Source: a bacterium
GTDB lineage: Bacteria > UBP6 > UBA1177
Direction: 5' to 3'
Assembly (NCBI GenBank): GCA_017645765.1
Contig: JAGCNV010000106.1
Coordinates: forward strand, 7,301-71,300
Length of the DNA stretch: 64,000 nucleotides
Shown: positions 36,905-47,451 of the stretch, one piece after another
Numbering within the stretch: position 1 is the first letter of the stretch
Layout of the letters: the number at the start of each line of letters is the position of its first letter
Notes under the pieces: model-generated
Told to the model about the DNA's origin: nothing
The model's input: only the letters and a program-made list of their open reading frames with translations
The model's database searches: none
Made by a program: the position numbers and the translations under genes

Positions 36905-39790
36905 ATGAAAAAACTTTTATTTGTTTTTTTTGGTATGTTGCTCGCTGTTGCGGCATGTTCGCCTGAAATCAGCCACTTCGACATCGAGTGCAGTTCGTTT
37001 GAAGATTGTGACCTGGGCGAAAAATGCTTCCAGGCGCAATGTGTTGACAACCTTATGGAGCCTAAGAATCCGCTTGATGAAAAAGAGGAATTCGGCGGCA
37101 TAGAATACGTTTCAAGCAAAATATTTTACCAAGGTCGTGTCAGTCTGCCTGACGGTTTCATAATTCCATACGCGAACCTTCAGGTCAAATACGGCAGAAA
37201 CAACATCATACAGAATGTTGATGAGGTCAACGGAACTTTCTGGGTCAGATCAAATGTCGTCGGAACCACTCTTTTTATCCTGCAGACGAATTATGAGGAC
37301 GAATCCAAAAATGTTCCTATCATGCTGACTGTTTTCCCGTCTAACGGCGAAAACTACTTCAAGAGAAAACACATCGAGTTCAGTGTCAGAGAGACCGCTG
37401 CGGCTCTTATTTTCCTTCAGCCCGGTATCGCTACGACAGTCAACCCGCTTTACAATGCGGCTCTTCTTGAGAGGATCCGCAGCCTTAAAGCAACAAAAAC
37501 GCTCATCCGCATACTCAAAGACAAAATGGTCAACATCACGCCGAGCATTATTGTCGCAGGCGACCTTGACGTCCAGAATGCGATTGCGGCCGCTGTTGAC
37601 GAACTTTACAAGGAAACTGCTTCTTATATTGAAGACCAGGGAATTGATTCCAACGAGACTACGGCTGCGGCAAAACCTAAAAAATACACAAGAGACCTTA
37701 CCGTAACGGAAGACGACGTCACGGAGACTTTTCATCACTCCGTTTTCAGAGATCTTCCTAAAGAAGCGAGTGAAGAAGAGATCGACCATATTTTTGTAAA
37801 ATACTTCAACGAAAACGGTTCAGCTGTAAAAACCTACAACTCCATGCCGCGCTGGGCATACTTCTATGTTGATGCAATGCCAACGGTTCCGATTCTTCCG
37901 ACAGACATCGCAGACAACGGTATCGACGAATCGGCAATGCCGGTTCTCATTGTTCCGCCGACGCATTATGCTTCATCTACGTTGAAATACCTTATTCAGA
38001 CCTACATAATCAACAATGAAGACTATCTGACGAAAAAACTTATAGTCGATACTCAGCCCAACAGAATGGCTTCGGAGATCGCGACATACTTCGAAGAGAC
38101 GACCGAAACCGAAAAAACGCAGCTCCGTTACAAAAACAACGAGATCAAGGAAGGACTTCTTGCAAGCTACGTTCCTGCTCAGAACAGCGGCGCTCTGCTC
38201 AACAGGGCTATGGATCCGATCTGGGCGACATACTTCTCGCAGATCATGCTGCCGCTTGTTATGATTTCAGCTGACGTAAACGACAACTTCTTGAATATAT
38301 TGATGAATTACGACAAAACCGTTAACAAGGGACTTGCAAGTCACCCTGTTAATGTGGTCGCAAGAGGTATTCGTGAACGCGGTATCGGACAGCGTGTAAA
38401 CGACTTTATGAAATCAAGAAAGGCATCTTTTTCAACCAATATTTATAAGGATGATCTTTACATCAAAGTTATGGAAGTCATCGTAAATTCGTTTTCCGGA
38501 GATACAAAAAGCAGCAAGTCATTCCTTAAGGATGTCAGCACAGCTACCGGAAGCGAATCTTATATGACACAGCTTCAGAAAGTTACCGACCTCGTCTTCA
38601 AAAAGCTCTCTCCTGCCGATACAGTCAAGCTGTTCAGAGGAATTGACCAGCCTATAATCGACTTTACGGATGCGATTTTCAACGAAGGCAATACCGGTGA
38701 GGATATCTATTACTTCAACGAAGGCAACAGTGAAGAAAGCAGCGAAAATCCGGACGAAACGGAAGATCCATATCCGACCGAAGAAAACGTCTGCTCGCAC
38801 AGCGAGTGCCGCTGCGAAGAAGACGACATCCCCGGCTGCATGACACAGATCCTTTCCGAGGGAAAGGCTTTCATCATGGGAAGTGAAACAAAAGAATCGT
38901 TCATCATGGAAAAGCCGAAACACAAAGTCGTAATGCACAAAAACTTCCTGATTGACAAATATGAAGTTACTGTAGCGCAATACAAAATATTCCTGAATGA
39001 TCCTAAAAACAAAGCGTGGCGTCCTGAAAACGCGATGAAGACGGATGATGAACTCGGTCTTGAAAAATGTTACGGCAACACGAAATACCTTGAAGAGTGG
39101 TTCGGAAAATACAGCGGAGAAAAATACAAAAGCGGCTCTAAGGACCAAATGCCGGTAACGAGTATATGCTGGTATGCAGCAGACGCTTACTGCAAATGGG
39201 TAGGCAAACGCCTTCCGACCGAAGAAGAGTGGGAATATGCGGCAAGAACCAACAGCGACTGTCTGTGTTCAGCCGACGAAGAATGCACAAAAGAATGCCC
39301 TGATATGCCGTGGAAAAGCAAGGACGGAGGCGGCATACTCGAAACGATAACCAGTTTCCTGGAAGGCGACAGCATTCCGTATAAAACGAACTACCGCGGC
39401 AGCAAGGATCCTTTTGAACCAAGCCGTGAACTTGCAGAACTCATCTCGGCAGAAGACATTCTCATCGCTTATCCTGAACCTCATGTAACGCCGGTAGGAT
39501 ACTTCAACGGCAGCAAACACGATACGTTCAACACGAAAGATGCGCTCAACCCGAACGGGCTTTACGATATGGCGGGCAATGCGGAAGAATGGGTCTCGAC
39601 GAGATTCTTCTACTACTCTGACTTGTTCCAGGGAGGTGTCCCGCTTCCGATAGGCGACCAGAGAACGGTCCGCGGCGGCAGCTGGAAAACTTCGAGAAAG
39701 CTTATCCGTTCGACCTACAGACGCGGCGTAAATCCGCAGTACAGCTCGAATTCGATAGGTTTCAGATGTGCAAGCGATATAACAAATTAA
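36905..39790 (+). CDS. Large lipoprotein with a C-terminal FGE-sulfatase (SUMF1/GldJ-GldK-like) domain
   Basis: Lipobox 'LLAVAACSP'. C-terminal '[36 protein letters not shown] ... [10 protein letters not shown] ... IGFRCASD'. Confidence 0.75.
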   Translation: MKKLLFVFFGMLLAVAACSPEISHFDIECSSFEDCDLGEKCFQAQCVDNLMEPKNPLDEKEEFGGIEYVSSKIFYQGRVSLPDGFIIPYANLQVKYGRNNIIQNVDEVNGTFWVRSNVVGTTLFILQTNYEDESKNVPIMLTVFPSNGENYFKRKHIEFSVRETAAALIFLQPGIATTVNPLYNAALLERIRSLKATKTLIRILKDKMVNITPSIIVAGDLDVQNAIAAAVDELYKETASYIEDQGIDSNETTAAAKPKKYTRDLTVTEDDVTETFHHSVFRDLPKEASEEEIDHIFVKYFNENGSAVKTYNSMPRWAYFYVDAMPTVPILPTDIADNGIDESAMPVLIVPPTHYASSTLKYLIQTYIINNEDYLTKKLIVDTQPNRMASEIATYFEETTETEKTQLRYKNNEIKEGLLASYVPAQNSGALLNRAMDPIWATYFSQIMLPLVMISADVNDNFLNILMNYDKTVNKGLASHPVNVVARGIRERGIGQRVNDFMKSRKASFSTNIYKDDLYIKVMEVIVNSFSGDTKSSKSFLKDVSTATGSESYMTQLQKVTDLVFKKLSPADTVKLFRGIDQPIIDFTDAIFNEGNTGEDIYYFNEGNSEESSENPDETEDPYPTEENVCSHSECRCEEDDIPGCMTQILSEGKAFIMGSETKESFIMEKPKHKVVMHKNFLIDKYEVTVAQYKIFLNDPKNKAWRPENAMKTDDELGLEKCYGNTKYLEEWFGKYSGEKYKSGSKDQMPVTSICWYAADAYCKWVGKRLPTEEEWEYAARTNSDCLCSADEECTKECPDMPWKSKDGGGILETITSFLEGDSIPYKTNYRGSKDPFEPSRELAELISAEDILIAYPEPHVTPVGYFNGSKHDTFNTKDALNPNGLYDMAGNAEEWVSTRFFYYSDLFQGGVPLPIGDQRTVRGGSWKTSRKLIRSTYRRGVNPQYSSNSIGFRCASDITN

Positions 39791-39803
39791 TATAGGTGAA
39801 GCG

Positions 39804-41153
39804 ATGAAGAAAATCATTTATTCATTGTTTTTGTCAGCTCTGCTTCTTGCAGTTCTTCCGATAAGTGCGGAAATCGTTCCGAACGGAGAGGAGTGGCGCG
39901 TTTACGACGAGCAGTATTCGGATGAAATCGAATTTGAATACCGCGATGTCCTGATCCCCAAAAACAAATGGGGAACCGGCGACTGGATGCCGGGCTGCGG
40001 AGGTCTGATGCCGCTCAGCCTTAAATTCAACTTCGAATACGGTGCCGAAATGGGCGCCAAAATGAGGGGCCGTTCGAAAGCGCAGTGGCCGGAATCGGTC
40101 AAAGTGTTCTTTGAAGGAAACACGGACGGCGGTTCCGCAGATATGTTCTACGGCATGAATATGGAGGCTTTGTGGAAAAACTGCTACTCCGGCGCTGAAA
40201 ACGAGCTCAGCAAATGGCTAAATTTCGACCTCAGCTTCGAAGATGCAAAAACTTTCCAGCCTTTCCTTCTTGACGGAAACGTCGACAATCCCGTTTCGAT
40301 GGAGGACAGCGTCGATCACTTCCAGCTTTACGAAGGAACGCTTGCCGATATGGTCGGCGGCAGCTGTGGTCTCAATATCCCGTTGATCGGCGATGTGTGC
40401 AGTCTGATCCACTTCAACTTCGAGCTTGACGGCAAAATGTATGTCGAAATATTCGGCAGCAGGATCGGACTCGATGAAAAGCAGGAACGCAGTCTCTTCA
40501 CAGACAACCAGTATCTTGTCATAGATCCGCCGGTCGTAGGAACAGTTATGGTTATTCCTGTTTTCTACGAATCGAAAACTTACTACAAAATCGAGGTCAT
40601 TCTGACTGTTACGATAACCATCAGAATCCTGGAACTTAAATTCCCTATCGAAATAAAGCTCAGCGATCTTGTTGACAATATTGCAGGCGACATTCTCAAC
40701 GGTGAAAAACTCTGGAAATACAACTCGCAGGAAGTTTCCTTCAATTTCCCAGCAATTTTTATGGAAAACAGAGCTCACAAATTCGCCGACACGATGCCTG
40801 GTGACGAGGATTACTGGGAATTTGACGTTGAAAACATCGGAACGAGGGCTATGGAGGCAAAAGTCGTTTCGAACGACTCCAACTTTATCGTAATTCCTGA
40901 CACGCTCAACATCGCACCAGGTGAAAAAGCTGCGGTCACGGTATTTTTCAAGCCTTACGATGTCGGTACGCAGAAAGGCGTAATCACTATCTACAGCAAC
41001 GACCCGGTTGAACCTGTATCAAAAGTTTCGCTTTTCGGCTACAGCAGCGAAAACGACACTCAGTGGACTCAGGTCATCGAAGGCGACGAGCCGCGCTGGG
41101 AAATCGGTACAATGGATGCCGGTTGTTCAATTTCCGTAATAGGAGGTGAATAA
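39804..41153 (+). CDS. Hypothetical secreted protein with a C-terminal Ig/DUF1573-like beta-sandwich
   Basis: Signal peptide 'MKKIIYSLFLSALLLAVLPISA'. C-terminal 'NFIVIPDTLNIAPGEKAAVTVFFKPYDVGTQKGVITIYSNDPV'. Confidence 0.55.
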   Translation: MKKIIYSLFLSALLLAVLPISAEIVPNGEEWRVYDEQYSDEIEFEYRDVLIPKNKWGTGDWMPGCGGLMPLSLKFNFEYGAEMGAKMRGRSKAQWPESVKVFFEGNTDGGSADMFYGMNMEALWKNCYSGAENELSKWLNFDLSFEDAKTFQPFLLDGNVDNPVSMEDSVDHFQLYEGTLADMVGGSCGLNIPLIGDVCSLIHFNFELDGKMYVEIFGSRIGLDEKQERSLFTDNQYLVIDPPVVGTVMVIPVFYESKTYYKIEVILTVTITIRILELKFPIEIKLSDLVDNIAGDILNGEKLWKYNSQEVSFNFPAIFMENRAHKFADTMPGDEDYWEFDVENIGTRAMEAKVVSNDSNFIVIPDTLNIAPGEKAAVTVFFKPYDVGTQKGVITIYSNDPVEPVSKVSLFGYSSENDTQWTQVIEGDEPRWEIGTMDAGCSISVIGGE

Positions 41154-41161
41154 TGTCTGTA

Positions 41162-42442
41162 ATGAAAAAAATCTTCACCATGCTTCTTTTAGCTATTATC
41201 CTTTCCGCATGCGGTGTAGATGAATATCTTTACAAAAAGACGGGGCAGGATTTCGATAACAACGGCGGGACATACAAAGGTGTCAACGGGATCACGGTCA
41301 TCATAGAGGAAGGTTCTCTTCCTGAAGGAATCGATGTCGTGACGATAACTGCTTATTCATTGGATACCCCGGCATTTACAAATGTTTCTAAACCTGTCAC
41401 GAATATATATTCCATTTCACCTGCCGCGTTTGAATTTGCCAAGGATCTGACAGTTGTCATTCCTTACAAAGAAACCGATTTTCCGAATCTGCTTGACGAA
41501 CTTGATCTTAAACCCTATTTCTCGATGGACAGACAGACTTTCGAAGCTTTTGATGAAAATTCATACGAACGCGATGTCGAAAACAACCTCTTCAAAATAA
41601 GCACGAAGTTCCTCGGCAACTTCCACATCGGATTTCCTAAAGATATGGTCAAACAGGAAGCCGCTGATCAGGCAGGTATTGCGGAAATGGTTCTCATTCC
41701 GAGCGGAGAATTCGAATACGGCGCACCTGAAGGCACACCTACCGGACTCACCGAAGAAGAGGAAGGAATGAAGCAGTCTGAAGGAACGAACACCGTTAAA
41801 CTTTCTGCCTACTACATCGACAAATACGAGGTTTCAAACAGCCAGTACAAACTCTGTCAGGATGCCGGAGTCTGCACCGAGCCTTACGACCTGACCTCGA
41901 TCATGTATCAAAACTACTACAACAATCCGACTTATGCCGGATTCCCTGTAATCTGGGTTTCATACAATCAGGCTGCCACATTCTGCCAGTGGGCAGGCAA
42001 AAAACTTCCGACCGAAGCTCAGTGGGAAAAAGCTGCCCGCGGAAACAAGATGCGCACCTATCCGTGGGGAGACAAAAAACCTGCGGACAATATCGAATCG
42101 ACACAGGTAAACTACACCGCTCTTTTCGGAGATGTAACTTCTGTAATGTGGGGAGACGAAGGCGTTTCGCCTTACGGAGTTTACAACATGGCCGGCAATG
42201 TCGCAGAATGGACAGACACCTGGTACAACATCGATTCCTACTATCAGAAAAGAACGGACGGCGTTGTCATTGAAGATCCGACAGGTCCTTCCGATTCGCC
42301 TACGCAGGAAAAAGTAATCCGCGGCGGCAGCTGGGTTTCGCTTGAAGACCAGATCACGACTTACGCACGAGACAAAGCGTTCCCGAACTACCGTTACTAC
42401 AACCTCGGATTCAGATGCGTTCAACCTGTATCGCAGCAGTAA
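41162..42442 (+). CDS. FGE-sulfatase family lipoprotein (GldK/PorK-like)
   Basis: Lipobox 'LAIILSACG'. 'MVLIPSGEFEYG...VKLSAYYIDKYEVSNSQY...VIRGGSWVS...LGFRCV'. Confidence 0.75.
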   Translation: MKKIFTMLLLAIILSACGVDEYLYKKTGQDFDNNGGTYKGVNGITVIIEEGSLPEGIDVVTITAYSLDTPAFTNVSKPVTNIYSISPAAFEFAKDLTVVIPYKETDFPNLLDELDLKPYFSMDRQTFEAFDENSYERDVENNLFKISTKFLGNFHIGFPKDMVKQEAADQAGIAEMVLIPSGEFEYGAPEGTPTGLTEEEEGMKQSEGTNTVKLSAYYIDKYEVSNSQYKLCQDAGVCTEPYDLTSIMYQNYYNNPTYAGFPVIWVSYNQAATFCQWAGKKLPTEAQWEKAARGNKMRTYPWGDKKPADNIESTQVNYTALFGDVTSVMWGDEGVSPYGVYNMAGNVAEWTDTWYNIDSYYQKRTDGVVIEDPTGPSDSPTQEKVIRGGSWVSLEDQITTYARDKAFPNYRYYNLGFRCVQPVSQQ

Positions 42443-42454
42443 AAGGAGGATAAA

Positions 42455-44245
42455 ATGAAAAAAATCATAATTTCTTCACTGTTTTTTCTTTCTTTCCTTT
42501 TTATCGCCGTTTCATGCGGAGACAACAATAAAGATTCGTATTCCGACACCGATCCTGATACCGATACAGATACGACCGCTGACACCGGCGAAACAGGCGA
42601 TAACGACCCGACCGATACCGGTGACACCTCGGAAACGCCGGACACCAACAATAAAGAGAAAGACTGCAACTACTCCAGCGCAGATAACAGGCTCAAACCG
42701 AAAAACGAAGAACTTCTGTTTTCAGGTATAATTTTCGGCGAAAAGTCACTTACCAAATACATCTACATTATGAACCGCTGCTATGCATGCGACCCTGCAG
42801 ATCCGCTCGTTATCAAAAAGATTTCTATTGTTGACAAAGACGGTAACGATGATTCAGGTACCTTTACAATTGAATCGAACCCTCTTAAAAACGGTCCGGT
42901 CAGCCTTAAAAACGAGGAAGAAATAGAGATCGGCGTTTCCGTTGTAGCTTCTACATGGGAAGAACAGGTCCGCTATCTCAAAATAGACAGCAACGACCCG
43001 TGCAAGGACAAGTCAGGTTTCTACATCCCGCTGACGGCTCAGACAAAGCCGAGCGGAAAAATCGAAGTAAAAACCATGGATGAAGATGAAGATGACGACA
43101 TGCTCATTTTCACCGATGTTATCGATGAATCCGTAAACGATGTCATGGTCTACAACAAAGGAACCGCGCCTCTCAAAATTTCCTCGGTAGTCATCTCTGA
43201 AGGATTGTCGAAAAATTCCAACGAACCCGGTTTTTTCATCAAAGAAGGACCAGAACCTGGAATTACCATCGCTCCTGACGGAGAACTGGCGCTCCATATC
43301 GGATGCTACAACGACAAAGAATATCCGGTACCACTCACCGGCGAACTGCTCATCGTAAACACCGACCCCACGGAATACGGAAAAAACACAAACAAGCGTA
43401 TCTCCCTCAAATGCGGTCCTAATGTTGAAAAATATCCGACGGCAAAGCTCAAATGCGAACCTGAAACAGTTTCCGTTTTCCAATGGGCTATTCTTGACGG
43501 TTCCGAAAGTACTGACAGTGAAGGCGGAGAGCTGAAATATCTCTGGAATTTTTCGACAACTCCCGGCGGAATTTCGCTTGATATCGTGGATGACAGCAAC
43601 CGCGCCGGCTCTCCTCTGAACGGAGATCCGTCCAATAAAATAAACCGTGCGGCGTTCCAGGCTAAAATCAAAGGTGCATACACTGTCCGACTGATCGTAA
43701 TCAACGAAAAAGGGATCAGCAGCGCTCCGGCTGAATGCACGGTCGAAGCTGTTTCGGATGACGATCTTGCAGTAAAACTTCTCTGGAACAACAAAAACTC
43801 CGATATCGACCTTCACCTCATCAGACCCGAAGGCGAATTCGGAAACATTCAGAGCGACTGCTACTACTGGAACTGCTCGCCGCAGTATTCAGGCGAAAGA
43901 CCTGACTGGGGTGTAGAAGGCGACACGAAGGACGATCCGTTCCTCGATATCGACAACACCGACGGTATCGGACCTGAAACTGTCACTATAAACAAGCCCG
44001 ACAACGGAATTTATACCGTGGTAGTTCACGCTTACGACACTTCAAAAGGTCCTTCGACCGCTGTTGTCAAAGCTTACGCTCACGGCACGGAAGAAAAATC
44101 GGCAACGCTTCTGATGAACAAAACCGATACCTGCTGGAAAGTCTTCACGATCGAAGTCGGAGACGGTGACGGCAATAAAAAAAGCATCAAAATAAATGAA
44201 ATCACCCCGGCCGAAGTTTACGACTGCTCAAGACCGACTCACTAG
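42455..44245 (+). CDS. Lipoprotein with a D/T-rich acidic linker and a PKD domain
   Basis: Lipobox 'IAVSCGD'. 'DTDPDTDTDTTADTGETGDNDPTDTGDTSETPDT'. PKD-like 'FQWAILDGSESTDSEGGELKYLWNF'. Confidence 0.6.
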   Translation: MKKIIISSLFFLSFLFIAVSCGDNNKDSYSDTDPDTDTDTTADTGETGDNDPTDTGDTSETPDTNNKEKDCNYSSADNRLKPKNEELLFSGIIFGEKSLTKYIYIMNRCYACDPADPLVIKKISIVDKDGNDDSGTFTIESNPLKNGPVSLKNEEEIEIGVSVVASTWEEQVRYLKIDSNDPCKDKSGFYIPLTAQTKPSGKIEVKTMDEDEDDDMLIFTDVIDESVNDVMVYNKGTAPLKISSVVISEGLSKNSNEPGFFIKEGPEPGITIAPDGELALHIGCYNDKEYPVPLTGELLIVNTDPTEYGKNTNKRISLKCGPNVEKYPTAKLKCEPETVSVFQWAILDGSESTDSEGGELKYLWNFSTTPGGISLDIVDDSNRAGSPLNGDPSNKINRAAFQAKIKGAYTVRLIVINEKGISSAPAECTVEAVSDDDLAVKLLWNNKNSDIDLHLIRPEGEFGNIQSDCYYWNCSPQYSGERPDWGVEGDTKDDPFLDIDNTDGIGPETVTINKPDNGIYTVVVHAYDTSKGPSTAVVKAYAHGTEEKSATLLMNKTDTCWKVFTIEVGDGDGNKKSIKINEITPAEVYDCSRPTH

Positions 44246-44270
44246 GTCCGCTTAAAGAGGCCCGCAACAG

Positions 44271-45101
44271 ATGAATGACGTTCAGAATTACATCGACAAC
44301 CGGAATATCACCGTCGATCAGGTCGGAATCTGGGATATCGAATATCCGATAGTTGTAAAAGACAGAGCAAACGAGATCCAGCACACTGTGGCAAAAACCG
44401 ATATCACAGTCATGCTTCTTCCCGAATTCAAGGGCACTCACATGAGCCGGATGCTTGAAGTCCTGAGCAGCTACAGCCACGAGATAACAATGGACAACAT
44501 ACCGGAAATATTGAGAAAAACTCGAGAGCATCTCAATTCTCCGCAGGCAATAATCGCTCTCAGATTCCCATACTTCATCCAGAAAAAAGCTCCGGTTTCA
44601 GGCATTACCTCAATGTTTTCGGCAAACATTCTTTTCAGCGGCTTCAGCGATGAAACGGGCGGCGACAGCTTTATTCTAGGTCTCCGCGTGCCGGTCACGA
44701 CTTTATGCCCGTGTTCCAAAGAAATCAGTGCTTTCGGAGCACACAACCAGCGCAGTTTCGTCACACTTTACGTCCAGTTCAAGAAGTTCATCTGGATCGA
44801 AGAGCTTATTTCTGTCATCGAAGAAAGCGCAAGTTGCGAAATTTATCCGCTTCTCAAGCGCCCGGACGAAAAATTCGTCACCGAAAAGGCGTTTTCCAAT
44901 CCGGTTTTCGCGGAAGATGTCGTCCGTAATATTTCCGAAAAAATGATGGCTGACAAAAGGATAAAGTGGTTCATGGTCGAAACTTTGCATCTTGAAAGCA
45001 TCCATTCGCACAACGCCTATGCAAGGATCGAACGCTTCAAGACGAAATCGACCGTTCTCACAGAACACCTGCGCATGTTCAAAGGATTTCCGAGACAATA
45101 A
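44271..45101 (+). CDS. folE2: GTP cyclohydrolase FolE2/MptA (type IB)
   Basis: 'DVQNYIDNRNITVDQVGIWDIEYPIVVKDRANEIQHTVAKTDITVMLLPEFKGTHMSRMLEVL' and 'TTLCPCSKEISAFGAHNQRS' are conserved FolE2 motifs. Confidence 0.85.
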   Translation: MNDVQNYIDNRNITVDQVGIWDIEYPIVVKDRANEIQHTVAKTDITVMLLPEFKGTHMSRMLEVLSSYSHEITMDNIPEILRKTREHLNSPQAIIALRFPYFIQKKAPVSGITSMFSANILFSGFSDETGGDSFILGLRVPVTTLCPCSKEISAFGAHNQRSFVTLYVQFKKFIWIEELISVIEESASCEIYPLLKRPDEKFVTEKAFSNPVFAEDVVRNISEKMMADKRIKWFMVETLHLESIHSHNAYARIERFKTKSTVLTEHLRMFKGFPRQ

Positions 45102-45124
45102 TATAATTTTTTAAGGAGTTTGTT

Positions 45125-47224
45125 ATGAAAAAACTGATTTTCTTTATTATCGCGCTGCTTTTTGCAACAGCTCTTCAGGCCGAAACACTTTACTATTATG
45201 TCGAAGGCAAAAAAGTTTTTCTCACCGAGGATTTTTCAAGCTATTCGTTCATCAGAACAACGCTGACAAAAACAAATTTCGTTCTCCCTCAGAATGTAAA
45301 AGTTCTCAAAAACCATAAAAATATTTCTATAATTGAGATCAAAGATGCTTCGGCAAAAGAAAATCTCATTAAAAACGGAGCTCTTTTTCCCGCTTACATC
45401 AAAGAGGGGGTAAAAATTCATGTCAGCGGTCAGCTTTTTGTCAAAATACCCGAAAAACCGAATGCTGAAAATGCAAAAAAATGGTGCCAAAAGAACGGTT
45501 TTACCTTTATAAAACAGTATAAATACGTGCCTGAGTGGTATTTGGTTTCCGTTGACGGCAACCCGATAAAAAAGGCAGCCGAGCTTGTCGAAAGCAAAGT
45601 TGCGGAGGCTGCCGAACCCAGTTTTTTCATTCCTCTTCAAAAAAGGGCTTATAAGCCGAATGATCCGCTTTTCAAAAACCAGTGGCATCTTCACAATGAC
45701 GGCACAAACAATTCAGTCTCCGGCAGCGACCATGCGCGTGTCGCCGAAGCCTGGGAAGTAATGCAGGCTTTCAAAGGCAATCTCGGCGGCCAAGGCATCA
45801 ACCTTGCAATCATTGACGACGGATTTGATCTCAATCACGAAGACCTTAAAGACAGATTCACTTCCGGCTGGGATTTCAACGGCGACGATGACGATCCGAC
45901 CTACGAGAACAGCGACTGGGGAGAGGACTATTCGGATATGCACGGAACGTGCTGCGCCGGAGTTGCGGCAGCTGCGACCGACAACAGCAAGGGTGTTTCA
46001 GGAGCGTGTCCCAACTGCACACTTATCCCGATCAGAATGGATATGATGACAAACTCTCTCGATTCTGCGGCAATCGACAGTTTCGAATGGGCGGCAGAAC
46101 ACGGTGCAGACATTATTTCCAACAGCTGGGGCCCTACAGACAACGGCGGCGCGGTCGATATGAACACGACTCTTAAAAATCTTGTCGCCAATCTTAGGAC
46201 TAACGGAAGAGACGGCAAAGGAATCATAATTCTTTTCGCAGCCGGTAACGGAAATGAAAGTATAGATGCAAACAAAACGAAAGACGGTTTCGCCAACAAC
46301 GAGAATGTTTTTGCAATCGGTGCCACGAAGGCTGACGGTGTGCGCACTTCTTATTCAGATTACGGCAAATCTCTCGATTTCATGGCTCCTAGCAGCGATT
46401 TTGCAGATGATGATTACGATCATGACGGTTATTACGATACTCTTGACGGCATTTGGACAATTGACAACACCGGAAAAGACGGCTACAACACTGGAAAATC
46501 TTCCCAGGGCGATTCAAAAGGAAACTACACCAACGATTTCGGCGGAACTTCTTCGGCATGTCCGCTTGCTGCCGGCATAACAGGGCTTCTGCTTTCGGCA
46601 AATCCGGCTCTTACACGCGACGAGGTTTACCAGATTTATGTCGAAACTTCAGACAAAGTCGGCGGCGTAAGCTATTCGAACGGATTCAACGAAAAATACG
46701 GCTACGGCAGAATCAACGCATGTGAAGCTGTTAAAAAAGCTCTCGAAATGGCTGGAAAAGATGTCAGCAATGTTACCTGCAACGGAGAAATCGTAAATCC
46801 TGACCCGGTTGATCCTGATCCTACCGAACCGACTGATCCCACTGAACCGACGGATCCTACGAATCCTACTGATCCCACTGATCCTACCGACCCGACGACT
46901 GACCCGACAAATCCCACTGATCCGACGACCGAACCGACAAATCCGACTGATCCGACGACTGATCCGACGACTGAACCGACAACCGAACCTACAAATCCGG
47001 TTGATCCGACCGATACCGGCGACAGCGACACCGACACATCTGATACCGATACGACAGATAGCGGCACAATTGAGAACGAAAACTGTGGAAACGGTGTAGT
47101 CGATGAAGGTGAACAGTGCGATGACGGCAACAGAATTGACGGCGACGGCTGCTCGAAATACTGCCAGCAGGAAGAAGCCAAAAAACTGAAATTAGCCGGC
47201 GGCTGCACTCTCGACCTTATCTAA
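45125..47224 (+). CDS. Secreted subtilisin-like serine protease (S8) with a (D/T/E)P(T) repeat linker and a C-terminal Cys-rich DUF4215-like repeat
   Basis: Catalytic triad motifs 'AIIDDGFDLNHEDL', 'HGTCCAGVAAA' and 'GGTSSACPLAAG'. 'DPTEPTDPTEPTDPTNPTDPTDP..' repeats. 'CGNGVVDEGEQCDDGNRIDGDGCSKYC'. Confidence 0.9.
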   Translation: MKKLIFFIIALLFATALQAETLYYYVEGKKVFLTEDFSSYSFIRTTLTKTNFVLPQNVKVLKNHKNISIIEIKDASAKENLIKNGALFPAYIKEGVKIHVSGQLFVKIPEKPNAENAKKWCQKNGFTFIKQYKYVPEWYLVSVDGNPIKKAAELVESKVAEAAEPSFFIPLQKRAYKPNDPLFKNQWHLHNDGTNNSVSGSDHARVAEAWEVMQAFKGNLGGQGINLAIIDDGFDLNHEDLKDRFTSGWDFNGDDDDPTYENSDWGEDYSDMHGTCCAGVAAAATDNSKGVSGACPNCTLIPIRMDMMTNSLDSAAIDSFEWAAEHGADIISNSWGPTDNGGAVDMNTTLKNLVANLRTNGRDGKGIIILFAAGNGNESIDANKTKDGFANNENVFAIGATKADGVRTSYSDYGKSLDFMAPSSDFADDDYDHDGYYDTLDGIWTIDNTGKDGYNTGKSSQGDSKGNYTNDFGGTSSACPLAAGITGLLLSANPALTRDEVYQIYVETSDKVGGVSYSNGFNEKYGYGRINACEAVKKALEMAGKDVSNVTCNGEIVNPDPVDPDPTEPTDPTEPTDPTNPTDPTDPTDPTTDPTNPTDPTTEPTNPTDPTTDPTTEPTTEPTNPVDPTDTGDSDTDTSDTDTTDSGTIENENCGNGVVDEGEQCDDGNRIDGDGCSKYCQQEEAKKLKLAGGCTLDLI

Positions 47225-47401
47225 ATTCCTGAAAAGAATTCCAACTGAAAAAAGTTTCCTGACAAAGAACCTTTAATCGTTGCAGAGATTGCCTTACAAA
47301 TCAAACAGAACATCGTTTATAGCTTACGAATCGGCATCAGATGCAAAAACACAATAACAGACAGCTCTAATATCTCTTTATCGAATGTGCGATTCAAGGG
47401 C

Positions 47402-47427
47402 AAAAAAAAGCCCCTCCGGAGAGGGGC
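47402..47427 (-). terminator. Rho-independent terminator (GCCCCTC-CGGA-GAGGGGC with a T-run on the minus strand) downstream of the 47452-48663 gene
   Basis: A 7-bp GC stem followed by TTTTTTTTG on the minus strand. It may also act on the plus strand. Confidence 0.6.
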
Positions 47428-47451
47428 TTATGAATGAATCAGGTTCAAAAC

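Noticed and set aside
47399-47430. Hairpin GCCCCTCCGGAGAGGGGC as a possible small inverted-repeat mobile element
   Set aside because: It is a single copy, sits exactly between convergent genes, and has a poly-A/T flank. A bidirectional intrinsic terminator explains it more simply.
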